Source: Nitrospinota bacterium (GTDB taxonomy: Bacteria > UBA8248). Taken from it: DNA of 64,000 nt. Within the stretch, counting starts at the first letter, position 1, and each line of letters opens with the position of its first letter. The DNA is taken from assembly GCA_036231405.1 (NCBI GenBank), contig JAZAHK010000012.1, positions 17,324 to 81,323 on the forward strand, given 5' to 3'. This document shows positions 31,690-41,635 of the stretch, piece after piece. The notes under the pieces are model-generated. The model saw only the letters and a list, made by a program, of their open reading frames with translations. It had not been told where the DNA came from and did no database searches. The position numbers and the translations under genes are program-made.

Positions 31690-34600
31690 TTATAGTCTCC
31701 TTCCTTCGAAAAGATCTTCATTAAGAAAAGAAACTTCTAAGCAACCCAATATTTGCTCTATCTCCATGGAACATTCCTCCCAACTTGCAGGAACTTCCAA
31801 ACTAAAATCGTAATTGTCACTAAAAATGATTGTTGGAACAGCAAGAAGTTTCTCAGGAAATCTATACTCTCCCGGAACCAATCTTATCCAAAGCTTTTTC
31901 CCACTTACTCGCAAAAGGGATATTTTCAATTTCCTAGCTCTCAAACGAATCTTTGTCACTTCGAACAAACGCAAAACCTCTTCTGGGAATTCACCAAAAC
32001 GCTCTGACAACTCATCGTAAATTTCTTCTAATTCAGGAACTGACTTGAGACTAGAGATTCGGTGATATATTTCAAGTCTTACATCTCTTTCCTCAATCCA
32101 TGAAGCTGGAAGAGAGCCTGAAACAGGCAAGATAATTTCTGGTTCATGAAATCTTGAAGTTATTCCCTTAGCGTCATTCACGATTTCTTCTAAGATCCTA
32201 CAATACATTTCAAAACCTACGGACGCTATATGACCAGATTGTTTATTTCCCAATAAATTGCCAGAACCTCTTATCTCAAGATCTCTCATAGCGACTTTAA
32301 AACCTTCTCCAATTGATTTCACATCTTGAATCGCTTGCAGACGATCTCTTTCTTGCGCTTTTAATAATTTAAGTGACGGAACTAGCAAATATACATGTGC
32401 CTGATGACGATCTCTTCCTACTCTCCCTCGCAATTGATAAAGTTGAGCCATTCCAAATCGATCCGCTCGATCAATAATAATAGTATTTACCGTAGGAATA
32501 TCCAAACCACTTTCAACTATTGATGTACTCAAAAGAATATCAGATTCTCTTGAAATAAATTTATGCATTATTTCTTCCAATTCTTTTTCAGGCATCTGAC
32601 CATGTGCAACTAAAATTTTAGCTTCCGGCAAAAGTCCTAAAAGCATCTTGTGAATCGATTCTAGATTGCTAATTCTATTGTGAACGAAAAAAACTTGCCC
32701 TCCTCTCAAAAGTTCTCTCTCTATCGCCTTAGAAATAACAGTCTCATCAAAATCACTAACATATGTACGTGGGGGGAGCCTATCTCTTGGAGGAGTTTCT
32801 ATGATACTCAAATCCCTTGTTCCAGAAAGCGCTAACTGTAAAGTTCTTGGAATAGGAGTTGCTGTAAGAGTCAGCACATCAACCCCAATACTAATTTTTT
32901 TAATTTTTTCTTTATGAGTAACGCCGAACTTATGCTCTTCGTCAATTACTAGCAGCCCTAAATTATTAAACAACACATCATTTTGCAGCAATCTATGAGT
33001 TCCAATCAATATATCGATTTTAGAATTAGTTAGTTCTTCTAAAATTTTCGATTGTTCTTTTCTAGTCCTAAATCTGGACAACATCTCGACCTTAACAGGT
33101 AGGTTTTTAAATCTTTCCCTAAAAACTTCAAAATGTTGATGGGCCAAAAGAGTAGTTGGGACAACAAGCGCAACTTGTTTTCCCGACGAAATAGAACGAG
33201 TAGCAGCACGAATTGCAACCTCAGTCTTCCCAAAACCCACATCTCCACAAACAAGTCGATCCATAGGAGAACTGCTTTCCATATCTGTAAGTACATCGTT
33301 AATTGCTTGAAGTTGTCCAGGAGTCTCTTCGAATTCAAAAAGGGAATTCACTTCATTTTCAAAATTTACATCTGGCTCAAAGGGATACCCTTTCGACTGG
33401 TTTCTTTCTGCATAAAGACTAACAAGATCTTTTACCATCTCGTTTAGAGATTTTTTTACCTTAAGTTTAACCTGAGACCATCTTAAGCTATCAAGCCTAT
33501 CAAGTTTCGGAGAATCTGCCCCACGAAATTGATTCACTTTCTTAAGGTCGTGCATCGGAATATAAAGTTTATCCCCTCCAGAATATCCTAATGCCATAAA
33601 TTCATCTTTAACTTCGGAATCTTCAAAAAATACCTCTCCCAAAAATTTCCCAATTCCATATTCATCGTGAACAACAAAATCCCCTTTTTTTAAGTCTTTA
33701 ATCCATTCTGAAGAAATTTGTAAAAACTTATTTTCATTTTTTTTTGCCTTAACATTGCCAAATAAATCTTCAACCTTAAAAAAGACAATTTTTTCGTTTG
33801 GGATTCGTATCCCTGATGACAAAGAACCTTCCAACAAGATGAGCTTAGAGTACTTGAAATCTATTTCTTCTCTCGCAGTGAAAATCGAGACCCTTATTTC
33901 TCTTGCTTCTAATAAGTTTTTAACCCTGTACAATTCTGTTCTGTCACGGGCTACCAATACTATTAGTGCTCCAGACAAAATCCATTCGTTTATCTGTTCA
34001 AAAAAGTAATCAAATCTTCCTCTAAAATATTCTATTGATTCAGTGTAAAAAGGATTTTTATTTTCAATTTCGTCTTCTTTATCTCCTTCCTCTGAAGATA
34101 AAGTCTCAAGTTCTAAAGATGGCCATAGTTCAATGAATTCGAATATTTGATTGGGTACAATCCACTTGCGTTTTGGATCAAAACCAATCAATCCTCTCTC
34201 TGCTGAAAGTGCAAATTCTTCTTCTAACAAAGACCATAAAGTTTTGCCTTCTTCCATTAAATTTTCTTTGTCAGAAAAAATCCAGTGAGTTTTTTCTGGG
34301 ACAATATCAAAAAAAGAAGAAATATCCTTTGAAAATAGTGGGGACATATTTTCAATACCAGGGAAATATTTTTCGGACTCAAACAACTCACACATTGCCT
34401 GGATTTTAAAATTACTACTACTTCCATTATCTATAATCGACTTTAACTTTTCAGAACAACTATTTTTTTCTTCTGAATCTAACAAGATCTCTCTACACGG
34501 GAAAATTTCTGAACTTCCAATAGATCTATTATTTCTCTGCGTATCAGGATGAAACTCCTTAATAGAATCTATTTCATCTCCTTTCAATTCAATTCTTGTC

Positions 34601-35214
34601 GGCATCTTAGAATGAGAAGAGAAAAAGTCAATAATTCCACCACGAACAGAAAATTCACCTTTTGATTGAACTACCGAACGTTTTTCGTATTTCATTTCAT
34701 GTAGACAAAATATCAAATCTTCATGCCGAAACTCTTGTCCTTCTTGAAATGCAACAACTTGATCTAAAGATTGATTGAGACAAGCAATTTTTTCTGAAAT
34801 AGCTTGAATAGTAGTCAATAGAATCCCATTCGACCCATTTCTAAGGAAATTTAGAGATCTAAAGCGTTCGCCTATATTATCAGCAGTAGGTGACAAAAAT
34901 GAAAATGGATAAACATCCCTTGAGGGAAAGACATGTACAGAATCAAAGGAAGAAAAAGAGGACTGTTTCAGATCAAGAAAAATGTGTAGATTTTTCTGAA
35001 TTCTTCTAATCTCTTTTTCGTTTTTCCCTATATAAACAATTACTCTAGAATTCACTTGCAAAAGTGAGTTCAGCCACCAAGCCACAGAGGCTTCGTTAAA
35101 ATTTGTAACTGGAAATTTTAAAAAAATTTTTTTGCTGATAAGCGAAGGATAGTAATTTGTTCCCATTATACTTATCAAGGAAGAATCATGACAAAAAAAT
35201 GTGAGATATAACAA
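31690..35214 (-). CDS. mfd: Transcription-repair coupling factor
   Basis: Up to 1174 aa. CarD/TRCF RNAP-interaction domain (DFVVHDEYGIGKF), SF2 helicase motifs GDVGFGKTEVA and DEEHKFG, and a TRCF C-terminal domain. The ATG at 35166 (MGTNYY...) is an alternative start that avoids overlap with the upstream gene. Confidence 0.95.
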   Translation of the reverse strand: MLYLTFFCHDSSLISIMGTNYYPSLISKKIFLKFPVTNFNEASVAWWLNSLLQVNSRVIVYIGKNEKEIRRIQKNLHIFLDLKQSSFSSFDSVHVFPSRDVYPFSFLSPTADNIGERFRSLNFLRNGSNGILLTTIQAISEKIACLNQSLDQVVAFQEGQEFRHEDLIFCLHEMKYEKRSVVQSKGEFSVRGGIIDFFSSHSKMPTRIELKGDEIDSIKEFHPDTQRNNRSIGSSEIFPCREILLDSEEKNSCSEKLKSIIDNGSSSNFKIQAMCELFESEKYFPGIENMSPLFSKDISSFFDIVPEKTHWIFSDKENLMEEGKTLWSLLEEEFALSAERGLIGFDPKRKWIVPNQIFEFIELWPSLELETLSSEEGDKEDEIENKNPFYTESIEYFRGRFDYFFEQINEWILSGALIVLVARDRTELYRVKNLLEAREIRVSIFTAREEIDFKYSKLILLEGSLSSGIRIPNEKIVFFKVEDLFGNVKAKKNENKFLQISSEWIKDLKKGDFVVHDEYGIGKFLGEVFFEDSEVKDEFMALGYSGGDKLYIPMHDLKKVNQFRGADSPKLDRLDSLRWSQVKLKVKKSLNEMVKDLVSLYAERNQSKGYPFEPDVNFENEVNSLFEFEETPGQLQAINDVLTDMESSSPMDRLVCGDVGFGKTEVAIRAATRSISSGKQVALVVPTTLLAHQHFEVFRERFKNLPVKVEMLSRFRTRKEQSKILEELTNSKIDILIGTHRLLQNDVLFNNLGLLVIDEEHKFGVTHKEKIKKISIGVDVLTLTATPIPRTLQLALSGTRDLSIIETPPRDRLPPRTYVSDFDETVISKAIERELLRGGQVFFVHNRISNLESIHKMLLGLLPEAKILVAHGQMPEKELEEIMHKFISRESDILLSTSIVESGLDIPTVNTIIIDRADRFGMAQLYQLRGRVGRDRHQAHVYLLVPSLKLLKAQERDRLQAIQDVKSIGEGFKVAMRDLEIRGSGNLLGNKQSGHIASVGFEMYCRILEEIVNDAKGITSRFHEPEIILPVSGSLPASWIEERDVRLEIYHRISSLKSVPELEEIYDELSERFGEFPEEVLRLFEVTKIRLRARKLKISLLRVSGKKLWIRLVPGEYRFPEKLLAVPTIIFSDNYDFSLEVPASWEECSMEIEQILGCLEVSFLNEDLFEGRRL

Positions 35215-35599
35215 AAAACAACATAAGAAGTATTGCCAAATAAAAACTATTTAGAAGTTTTCTCCTCTCGTTCTTCAAAGACGGTCTGAAAGTAGAGTCA
35301 CTCATTGTATCGTCTACTAACTCAAAAATTCCTTTTTCCTCGTCGTATTTTTTCAACACAACATTGGGATCCAATTTCAGGAATATAGCAACTGCCTTCA
35401 AAAAGCCACGAGCGATAACATCTGCAGGCAATGGAGTAAGATCATTGGATTCAAAGCACTCGAGATAAAACTTTCGAATCTTCGTCTCATTTGAAACATC
35501 GACAAGAGACAATTCGAGTTCTTCCCTGGCAGACTTAAGATAATCACCTAATCGTTCTTCATTTGTTTTTTGGTTTAAATCATCTTCTGTATCATTCAT
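35186..35599 (-). CDS. RodZ-like helix-turn-helix protein with C-terminal membrane anchor
   Basis: About 137 aa from the ATG at 35599 (the ORF opens at 35611). HTH region LGDYLKSAREELELSLVDVSNETKIRKFYLECFE..ARGFLK resembles the RodZ/HTH_25 N-terminus. There is one C-terminal TM helix. Confidence 0.55.
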   Translation of the reverse strand: MNDTEDDLNQKTNEERLGDYLKSAREELELSLVDVSNETKIRKFYLECFESNDLTPLPADVIARGFLKAVAIFLKLDPNVVLKKYDEEKGIFELVDDTMSDSTFRPSLKNERRKLLNSFYLAILLMLFFVISHIFLS

Positions 35600-35639
35600 A
35601 CCAACCACCAAAAGTTTAAATGAAATTAGAAATCAAAAG

Positions 35640-36659
35640 CTAGAATTCACGTTGAACAGCATCGGCAAAAACTTTCAGTTCACTCATTAACTGCTTAAAT
35701 ATTTCAGGTTTCAGTGACTGGGCTCCATCTGACATTGCTTTAGAAGGATCCGGATGAACTTCAATCATCAGGCCATCGGCACCACAAGCAATCGCTGCCT
35801 TTGCAAGCGGATCAACAAATCTCCACGCACCCGCAGCATGGCTAGGATCAACCACGACTGGTAAATGAGTAAGCTCTTTTAGAACGGGAACCGCAGTTAT
35901 ATCTAAAGTATTTCGAGTAGAATTTTCAAAAGTCCTAATTCCTCTCTCACATAATACTACATTAGGATTACCTTGACTCAAAATATATTCTGCTGACATA
36001 AGAAACTCTTCTATGGTTGTTGACATACCTCTCTTTAGAAAAACCGTTTTTTTCGTCGTACCTACTTTTTTAAGCAAAGAAAAATTTTGAATATTTCTGG
36101 CGCCGATCTGTAAAACATCCGCGTATTCACAAACCAAATCGACATCAACAGTGTCCATAACTTCAGTTTGAATTGGTAATCCAGTCTCATCTCTTGCTTC
36201 GGCAAGTAGTTTCAAACCTTCTTCTGCCATACCCTGAAAGCTGTAAGGCGAAGTTCGAGGCTTATAGGCCCCACCTCGTAGAACGTGACCACCACCTTCT
36301 TTAACCGCAGAAGCGGAAGATAAAATCTGCTCTCTACTCTCTACAGAACATGGGCCACCTACCACAATAATTTTTTTCCCACCGATTGAAACACCTTCAC
36401 CCATTGGGATGATGCTCCGTTCAGGCATTCCCTCGGAACTAGCGAGTTTATAAGGTTTTAAAATAGGGACCACGCTTTCAACTCCCGGGAGTGTTACTAG
36501 TGATTCAAGCATATGCTTTCCTCTTTCGTCTCCAACAGCACCAATCACGGTTCTCAATACACCTTCTATAAGATGCTCCTCAAGACCAAGTTCTCTGATT
36601 CTTGCCACGATCCTTTCAATCTCGTCAGGTGTAGCATTTTGCTTCATGACAACTATCAT
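35640..36659 (-). CDS. aroF: 3-deoxy-7-phosphoheptulonate (DAHP) synthase, type I-beta with N-terminal ferredoxin-like regulatory domain
   Basis: [33 protein letters not shown] and DPSH motifs of the KDO8PS-like DAHPS class. I place the start at ATG 36659 ([15 protein letters not shown]...), preceded by GAGGAG. The 30-aa hydrophobic extension up to 36749 is probably not translated. Confidence 0.88.
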   Translation of the reverse strand: MIVVMKQNATPDEIERIVARIRELGLEEHLIEGVLRTVIGAVGDERGKHMLESLVTLPGVESVVPILKPYKLASSEGMPERSIIPMGEGVSIGGKKIIVVGGPCSVESREQILSSASAVKEGGGHVLRGGAYKPRTSPYSFQGMAEEGLKLLAEARDETGLPIQTEVMDTVDVDLVCEYADVLQIGARNIQNFSLLKKVGTTKKTVFLKRGMSTTIEEFLMSAEYILSQGNPNVVLCERGIRTFENSTRNTLDITAVPVLKELTHLPVVVDPSHAAGAWRFVDPLAKAAIACGADGLMIEVHPDPSKAMSDGAQSLKPEIFKQLMSELKVFADAVQREF

Positions 36660-36864
36660 CTCTAACTCCTCAGAGAGAGAAAAATAAATAAGTATTAAAA
36701 TGCAATAAAAAAACAAAGGGATACTAACCCTGAAGCAAGAAAACAACAAGTCTAAAAAAACTTAGCAAAACAAATTTGTAATAAATATTTATAACAAAAT
36801 AGAATTGTATTGGACAGTAATACTAAAAATAAATCTAAAATCTTCCCGTTTTCTTAAATCTAGT

Positions 36865-36893
36865 TTGACAAAAAAAAAAATCAGCAAGATTAT
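36865..36893 (+). promoter_or_regulatory. Candidate sigma70-type promoter for the acd-yqeB-AAA-VWA-yqeC-xdhC operon
   Basis: Exact TTGACA at 36865-36870, a 17-nt spacer dominated by an A tract, then GATTAT at 36888-36893 (TATAAA follows at 36891). It sits about 45 nt upstream of the ATG at 36939. Weak evidence. Confidence 0.25.
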
Positions 36894-36938
36894 AAAAAAC
36901 GTCAAAGCATTTTAAAACCATAAAGGGGACTTGGAACC

Positions 36939-38087
36939 ATGTTGTTCGACTTAAGTGAATCGCAAAAAATGTTAAAACAAACGGTTCGAGAATTATCTGA
37001 ACGATACATTAAACCAAGGGCTTCAGAGATTGATGAAAACGAAGAATATCCTGAAGATATATATCAACTCCTTAAAGAACATGATCTTTTGGGTATTTTT
37101 TTGCCAGAAAAATATAATGGGGCAGGAATGGGCTTTCTCGGCGGGTGTATAGTTATTGAAGAAATAGCAAGATTTTGTTCCAATAGTCCACTTTTCATAG
37201 TCTTAAATATGCTCTCTAGTAGAGTCATCGAACTAAGCGGGAACGAGGAACAAAAGGATTTTTATTTGAAGGGGTTAGCAAAAGGGGAATTAAGAGGTTC
37301 TTATGCCCTAACTGAACCACACGCTGGATCAGATGCAGGGAATATAAGGACTAGAGCATCTCTTGAGGGAGAGGAGTGGGTTTTAAACGGAACCAAATGC
37401 TATTGCTCTGGACCTGACAAAGCTGATTTTATTACCGTAGCCGCAAAAACTGATTTCAACTTGGGAACGAAGGGAATTACTTATTTTTTAGTCCCCACCG
37501 AAACAAAAGGTTTTAGCGTGGGAAGACATGAAAGAAAAATGGGAATGAAAGGCATATCCACATGCGTTTTGAATTTTGAAAATGTCGCTATTCCTAAAGA
37601 AAATCAAATTGGAGAACTCAATAAAGGATTTAAATCTGCGATGATCGGATTTAACCAGATGCGTCCAGCTATAGGAGCACGTGCAGTCGGTCTTGCGCAA
37701 GGATGTTTTGATTATTCAAAGAACTATTCAAAAGAAAGGGAAGCTTTTGGGTCTCCTATCTCGAATTTTCAAGCAATTCAATTTATGTTAGCAGATATGT
37801 TTATGCAGATAGAAGCAGCACGACTACTAGTGCATAAAGCTGCGAGTTTGGTCGACTCTGGAGAAATAGGAAAAGAAAATGCTCGATACTTTTCTACTGC
37901 TAAGGCATTCGCAGCGGATATGGCCATGAAAGTAGCTATAGATAGCATACAGATTTTAGGTGGTGCAGGGTATATGAAAGACCATCCCCTCGAACGGTTC
38001 ATGAGGGATGCAAAACAAATTCAAATAGTCGAAGGGACAAGTCAAATACAACGTTTGATTATTGCAAGAAATTTATTAGACATATAA
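36939..38087 (+). CDS. Acyl-CoA dehydrogenase (short/medium-chain type)
   Basis: 382 aa. YALTEPHAGSDAGN motif, the C-terminal catalytic-Glu region QIVEGTSQIQRLIIAR, and GGAGYMKDHPLERFMRDAK. Confidence 0.9.
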   Translation: MLFDLSESQKMLKQTVRELSERYIKPRASEIDENEEYPEDIYQLLKEHDLLGIFLPEKYNGAGMGFLGGCIVIEEIARFCSNSPLFIVLNMLSSRVIELSGNEEQKDFYLKGLAKGELRGSYALTEPHAGSDAGNIRTRASLEGEEWVLNGTKCYCSGPDKADFITVAAKTDFNLGTKGITYFLVPTETKGFSVGRHERKMGMKGISTCVLNFENVAIPKENQIGELNKGFKSAMIGFNQMRPAIGARAVGLAQGCFDYSKNYSKEREAFGSPISNFQAIQFMLADMFMQIEAARLLVHKAASLVDSGEIGKENARYFSTAKAFAADMAMKVAIDSIQILGGAGYMKDHPLERFMRDAKQIQIVEGTSQIQRLIIARNLLDI

Positions 38088-38119
38088 AACATATTTTAAA
38101 TTATCTTTGAATTCTATAA

Positions 38120-38980
38120 TTGGGACAAATATTGAGAAAAACATTTCCTGAAAATGAAATAAAAAACTCACTTGTTATTCTTAGGGGTGGAGGAGACATC
38201 GCTTCTGGAATAGCGCAAAAGATTTTTCGTTCAGGATTCCCAATAGTTATCACGGAAACTGACAATCCAACAATGGTAAGAAGAACTGTTTCTTTCGCAG
38301 AATGCATCTACTCAGGGCGAACAAAAATTGAAGACCTTGTTTCAGAAAAGGTACAAGGAGAAACTTTTAAGAAGAAATTTGATTCTGCTATTCAACTTTT
38401 AGCAGATAGTACAATACCTGTTATAGTTGATCCAGAATGCAAAATACTTGAGTTTGCAAGACCTAAAATTCTAATAGATGCAATATTGGCAAAAAGAAAC
38501 CTTGGCACGCAAATCGATCAAGCTCAAATAGTGATAGGAGTTGGACCTGGATTTGTGGCGGGCTCTGACTGTCATGCAGTAATTGAGACTGCGAGAGGGC
38601 ACGATATTGGAAGAATCATATTCAATGGCAAGGCTGTCGAAAATACCGGAGTTCCAGGTCCAATTGCAGGATACACAACAGAGAGACTCCTTCGCTCTCC
38701 AAAAAAAGGGACATTTAAGTCGATCAAAAAAATAGGAGACCAAGTTGCCAAAGGAGACTTAATAGCCCAAGTAGACGAACATAAAATCTTTTCAAAGATA
38801 CCTGGGGTCATAAGAGGATTACTCAGGGACGATCTTTTCATTCCAAAGGGATTCAAGGTCGGTGATATAGATCCTAGAGGAAAACCAGAACACTGCATGA
38901 CTATTTCAGATAAATCAAGAAATATCGCAGGAGGTGTTCTTGAGGCGATATTGATTTTACTTAACGAGCAATCAATTTAA
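38120..38980 (+). CDS. yqeB: YqeB/EF2563-family protein (selenium-dependent molybdenum hydroxylase system accessory protein)
   Basis: 286 aa with a TTG start (uncertain). VILRGGGDIASGIAQKIFRSGFPIVITETDNPTMVRRTVSFAECIYSG matches my recollection of the N-terminal Rossmann-like signature of this family. The assignment is recalled, not searched. Confidence 0.6.
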   Translation: MGQILRKTFPENEIKNSLVILRGGGDIASGIAQKIFRSGFPIVITETDNPTMVRRTVSFAECIYSGRTKIEDLVSEKVQGETFKKKFDSAIQLLADSTIPVIVDPECKILEFARPKILIDAILAKRNLGTQIDQAQIVIGVGPGFVAGSDCHAVIETARGHDIGRIIFNGKAVENTGVPGPIAGYTTERLLRSPKKGTFKSIKKIGDQVAKGDLIAQVDEHKIFSKIPGVIRGLLRDDLFIPKGFKVGDIDPRGKPEHCMTISDKSRNIAGGVLEAILILLNEQSI

Positions 38981-38997
38981 AAAAACGGAGTTTAAAA

Positions 38998-39882
38998 TTG
39001 ACTATTGAAATTCGAAAAGAAAGGACAGAAAATGGCACATATAAAATTGGAAGAAGTAAGATAACAGTCAATGAAAACGAAGAGAATCCGTATGTCCCAG
39101 AACCTCAATACTATGTTCCAGTGGGGGACGATTTAGAAAAGACGGCTTGGGCAGTAAGTAAAGATCTTCCAGTATTACTTATAGGCGAAACTGGTGTTGG
39201 AAAAACTCTCTTAGTTCGACATTTAGCGCAAATGACAAACAATGGATTTCGCAGAGTAAATCTAAATGGCATGACTACCGTTGACGAATTTGTTGGTAAA
39301 TTGATGATTAATAAAAACGGCACCTATTGGGTCAATGGAATTCTTATAGATGCAATGGAATCAGGAGAATGGCTCCTTATAGATGAAATCAACGCATGTC
39401 TTCCTGAAATTGCATTTTGTCTCCATAGCCTTCTTGATGACGACAAAATGATAGTTTTGACAGAATATGATGGGAGAATCATCAAACCACACCCAAATTT
39501 CAGAGTTTTTGCAAGTATGAATCCTAACGAAGACAGAAGGTACGCCGGAACTAAAGCGCTCAATGAAGCTCTTCTGGATCGATTCCCAGTTTCAATAAAA
39601 ATGAACTATCTTCCCTACGAAATAGAAGTAGATGTTGTAATGAATCAAAGTGAAAATAAGGACAAGAAATTAATAGAAAAAATGGTTAGGGTTGCAAATG
39701 ATGCAAGAGAAGCTATCCAAAACGAAAAAATATTTTGTACATTCAGCACGCGAAGGTTAATTGACTGGGCACGTATGTCTGTTTCATTCAGCCCTTCTGA
39801 ATCAGCTATTTCAACGATTTACGGCAAAATTAATGAGTTCGACGCAAAAGTAATAGAAGACATAATTGACAACTATTTTTAA
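38998..39882 (+). CDS. AAA+ ATPase, AAA_5 / MoxR-type (CbbQ-NorQ-CobS-like)
   Basis: 294 aa. TTG start with GGAG upstream. Walker A GETGVGKT (39184-39207), Walker B LLIDEIN, and FRVFASMNPNE..GTKALNEALLDRF (sensor / Arg-finger region typical of AAA_5). Confidence 0.8.
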   Translation: MTIEIRKERTENGTYKIGRSKITVNENEENPYVPEPQYYVPVGDDLEKTAWAVSKDLPVLLIGETGVGKTLLVRHLAQMTNNGFRRVNLNGMTTVDEFVGKLMINKNGTYWVNGILIDAMESGEWLLIDEINACLPEIAFCLHSLLDDDKMIVLTEYDGRIIKPHPNFRVFASMNPNEDRRYAGTKALNEALLDRFPVSIKMNYLPYEIEVDVVMNQSENKDKKLIEKMVRVANDAREAIQNEKIFCTFSTRRLIDWARMSVSFSPSESAISTIYGKINEFDAKVIEDIIDNYF

Positions 39883-39892
39883 AAACCAACCT

Positions 39893-41635
39893 ATGGAAAA
39901 AAGAAGAGTAAGACTAGAGGTTTTAGCACAAGTAGTAAGTAAGAACTACGAATTAAATCTTGAATTCGGTGATTCTGACTCTGAGAATTCTTCGAAAGAA
40001 AAAATTCAAATAGAAAAACCAGAAAAATCCCTAGAGAACCTAAGTGGGGAAACAGACGAGGGACATTTTTTAAAATATCAAAAAGGGATGACCTTAATTG
40101 AAGCATCCCATCTAAGATTCAAGGATAGAAAATGGCTCGCTAAGATCATCCAAGACAACAAAGAAAAACCAGGAATCTTTCGCTTATGGCATACTCTTGA
40201 TGATACTCGCTGCGAGAATCTTCTCACCTTTTCACTTCCTGGAACTAAAAAGAACCTAATAGAATTCATAAGACCTTCTATTGAATCTGCACACTCTGCG
40301 ATGAGAATTGGAGATTTGCCTCTTCTTTTACAAATTCAATGGGGAATCTATCTAACAGGCGCTACATATATAAAAGAGAACAAAGAAGTAGATTTAAATA
40401 TAGGAATAATGAAAATACTAGATCCGAAAGTCTCCGAAAGCTTAGAAACCTTAAAGTTGAAAATAAAAGAGGCCTGTGAATCGGCAGATGGAGAAATTAC
40501 CTATGAGTGCTCTCATGAAATTTACGATTTCTTAAACAAAAAGTTGACAGATGAAGATATCGAAAACTTCAGGGAAGATAAAACTATCGATTCAGAAATT
40601 GAAGACATGAAAATCGATCAAAGCGAAAATAATGAGCCTCACGAAAGCCAGACTCAAGAAGGTACAATTAATGATGATGATGAAGAAATCTCATCTTTCA
40701 TTGAAGAAGAAGTTGCGACATTAGGTCACTGGTCTACTCCATGGTTCCAATTGGAAAATAAAAAGAAAGAGATTCACCCTTCTGCAATCCAACGAGACGA
40801 ACTAACCACAATGACACCACCAGATGGAAAATCATCTGAATATTCAGAAATCCTCGAAAATATTTCAAGTGAAATTAAAGTTTTAACTGCAAAACTATTA
40901 CAAATTATTCAAGAAAAAACCTACACGAGATACATAGGAAACTATAGGTCAGGGAAACTTAATGCACACAAGCTTTGGAAACAGAGATTGGAGAAGTATG
41001 ATCTTTTCCAAAGACGTGAAGATCCGGAGAAATTAGATATTTGCTTTAGTTTACTAGTGGATGAAAGCGGCAGTATGAACAGGGAATCAAAGTACCTTGC
41101 AGCCAGAGAAGCAACTGTTGTGTTCGCTGAAGTTTTAGACCGTATTAGAGTTCCTTTTGAAGTAATAGGATATTCTACCGAAAATTCTGAAGCAGCAATG
41201 GCAGCTTCACTTGGACATATCCCTGCATTTAAATTTAGGCATATCCGTCATTCGAAATTACAACATAGAATCTATAAATCTTTCGATGACACGTTCACTC
41301 AAACCAAGAATAGATTAGTAAATATTTATCCTCGCTTTAATAACTGGGACGAAGAACACCTTTTATTTGCATTCAAAAGGATTTTACAAAGAAATGAGAA
41401 AGAGAAAATAATTATAATCACGTCTGACGGTCAGCCTAATGGAGACGCATCCCACTTAATTTCTACTGCAAGTGAAATTACAAAACACGGTGTTAGGCTA
41501 ATAGGAGTAGGGGTAGTAGATTCCTTTGTTGAACAAATTTACGAAAATCACATAGTAGTGAAAGAATTGACTCAGTTGACACAGGAAATAATCGAAATCC
41601 TAAGAAAAGAATTATTGGGAAATAGATCGAGATGA
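39893..41635 (+). CDS. Large VWA-domain protein with central acidic region (NorD/CbbO/CobT/CoxE-like partner of the AAA+ ATPase)
   Basis: About 580 aa from ATG 39893 (the ORF opens with TTG at 39866). Acidic low-complexity stretch at about 40547-40714 (DEDIENFREDKTIDSEIEDMKIDQSENNEPHESQTQEGTINDDDEEISSFIEEE). C-terminal VWA domain with MIDAS DESGS at 41060-41074 and ITSDGQPNG. The stop overlaps the yqeC start (ATGA). Confidence 0.75.
   Translation: MEKRRVRLEVLAQVVSKNYELNLEFGDSDSENSSKEKIQIEKPEKSLENLSGETDEGHFLKYQKGMTLIEASHLRFKDRKWLAKIIQDNKEKPGIFRLWHTLDDTRCENLLTFSLPGTKKNLIEFIRPSIESAHSAMRIGDLPLLLQIQWGIYLTGATYIKENKEVDLNIGIMKILDPKVSESLETLKLKIKEACESADGEITYECSHEIYDFLNKKLTDEDIENFREDKTIDSEIEDMKIDQSENNEPHESQTQEGTINDDDEEISSFIEEEVATLGHWSTPWFQLENKKKEIHPSAIQRDELTTMTPPDGKSSEYSEILENISSEIKVLTAKLLQIIQEKTYTRYIGNYRSGKLNAHKLWKQRLEKYDLFQRREDPEKLDICFSLLVDESGSMNRESKYLAAREATVVFAEVLDRIRVPFEVIGYSTENSEAAMAASLGHIPAFKFRHIRHSKLQHRIYKSFDDTFTQTKNRLVNIYPRFNNWDEEHLLFAFKRILQRNEKEKIIIITSDGQPNGDASHLISTASEITKHGVRLIGVGVVDSFVEQIYENHIVVKELTQLTQEIIEILRKELLGNRSR

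Noticed and set aside
36660-36749. 30-aa hydrophobic N-terminal extension of the DAHP synthase ORF ([30 protein letters not shown]), which could look like a signal peptide
   Set aside because: DAHP synthase is cytoplasmic. An ATG at 36659 preceded by GAGGAG gives the canonical N-terminus of the ferredoxin-like regulatory domain, so the extension is most likely untranslated leader.
36660-36938. Possible chromosomal replication origin at the strand-switch spacer
   Set aside because: There is no dnaA, dnaN or gidA nearby, and I found no TTATCCACA-like DnaA boxes in the spacer by eye. AT-richness alone is uninformative in this genome. I kept it only as a low-interest item to test by GC skew.
38998-41635. 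Reading the AAA+/VWA pair simply as aerobic cobaltochelatase CobS/CobT
   Set aside because: Not adopted as the primary call. No cobN or other cobalamin genes are in the window, and the pair is nested between yqeB and yqeC with an ATGA-coupled junction. It remains a formal alternative, listed in the findings with a test.
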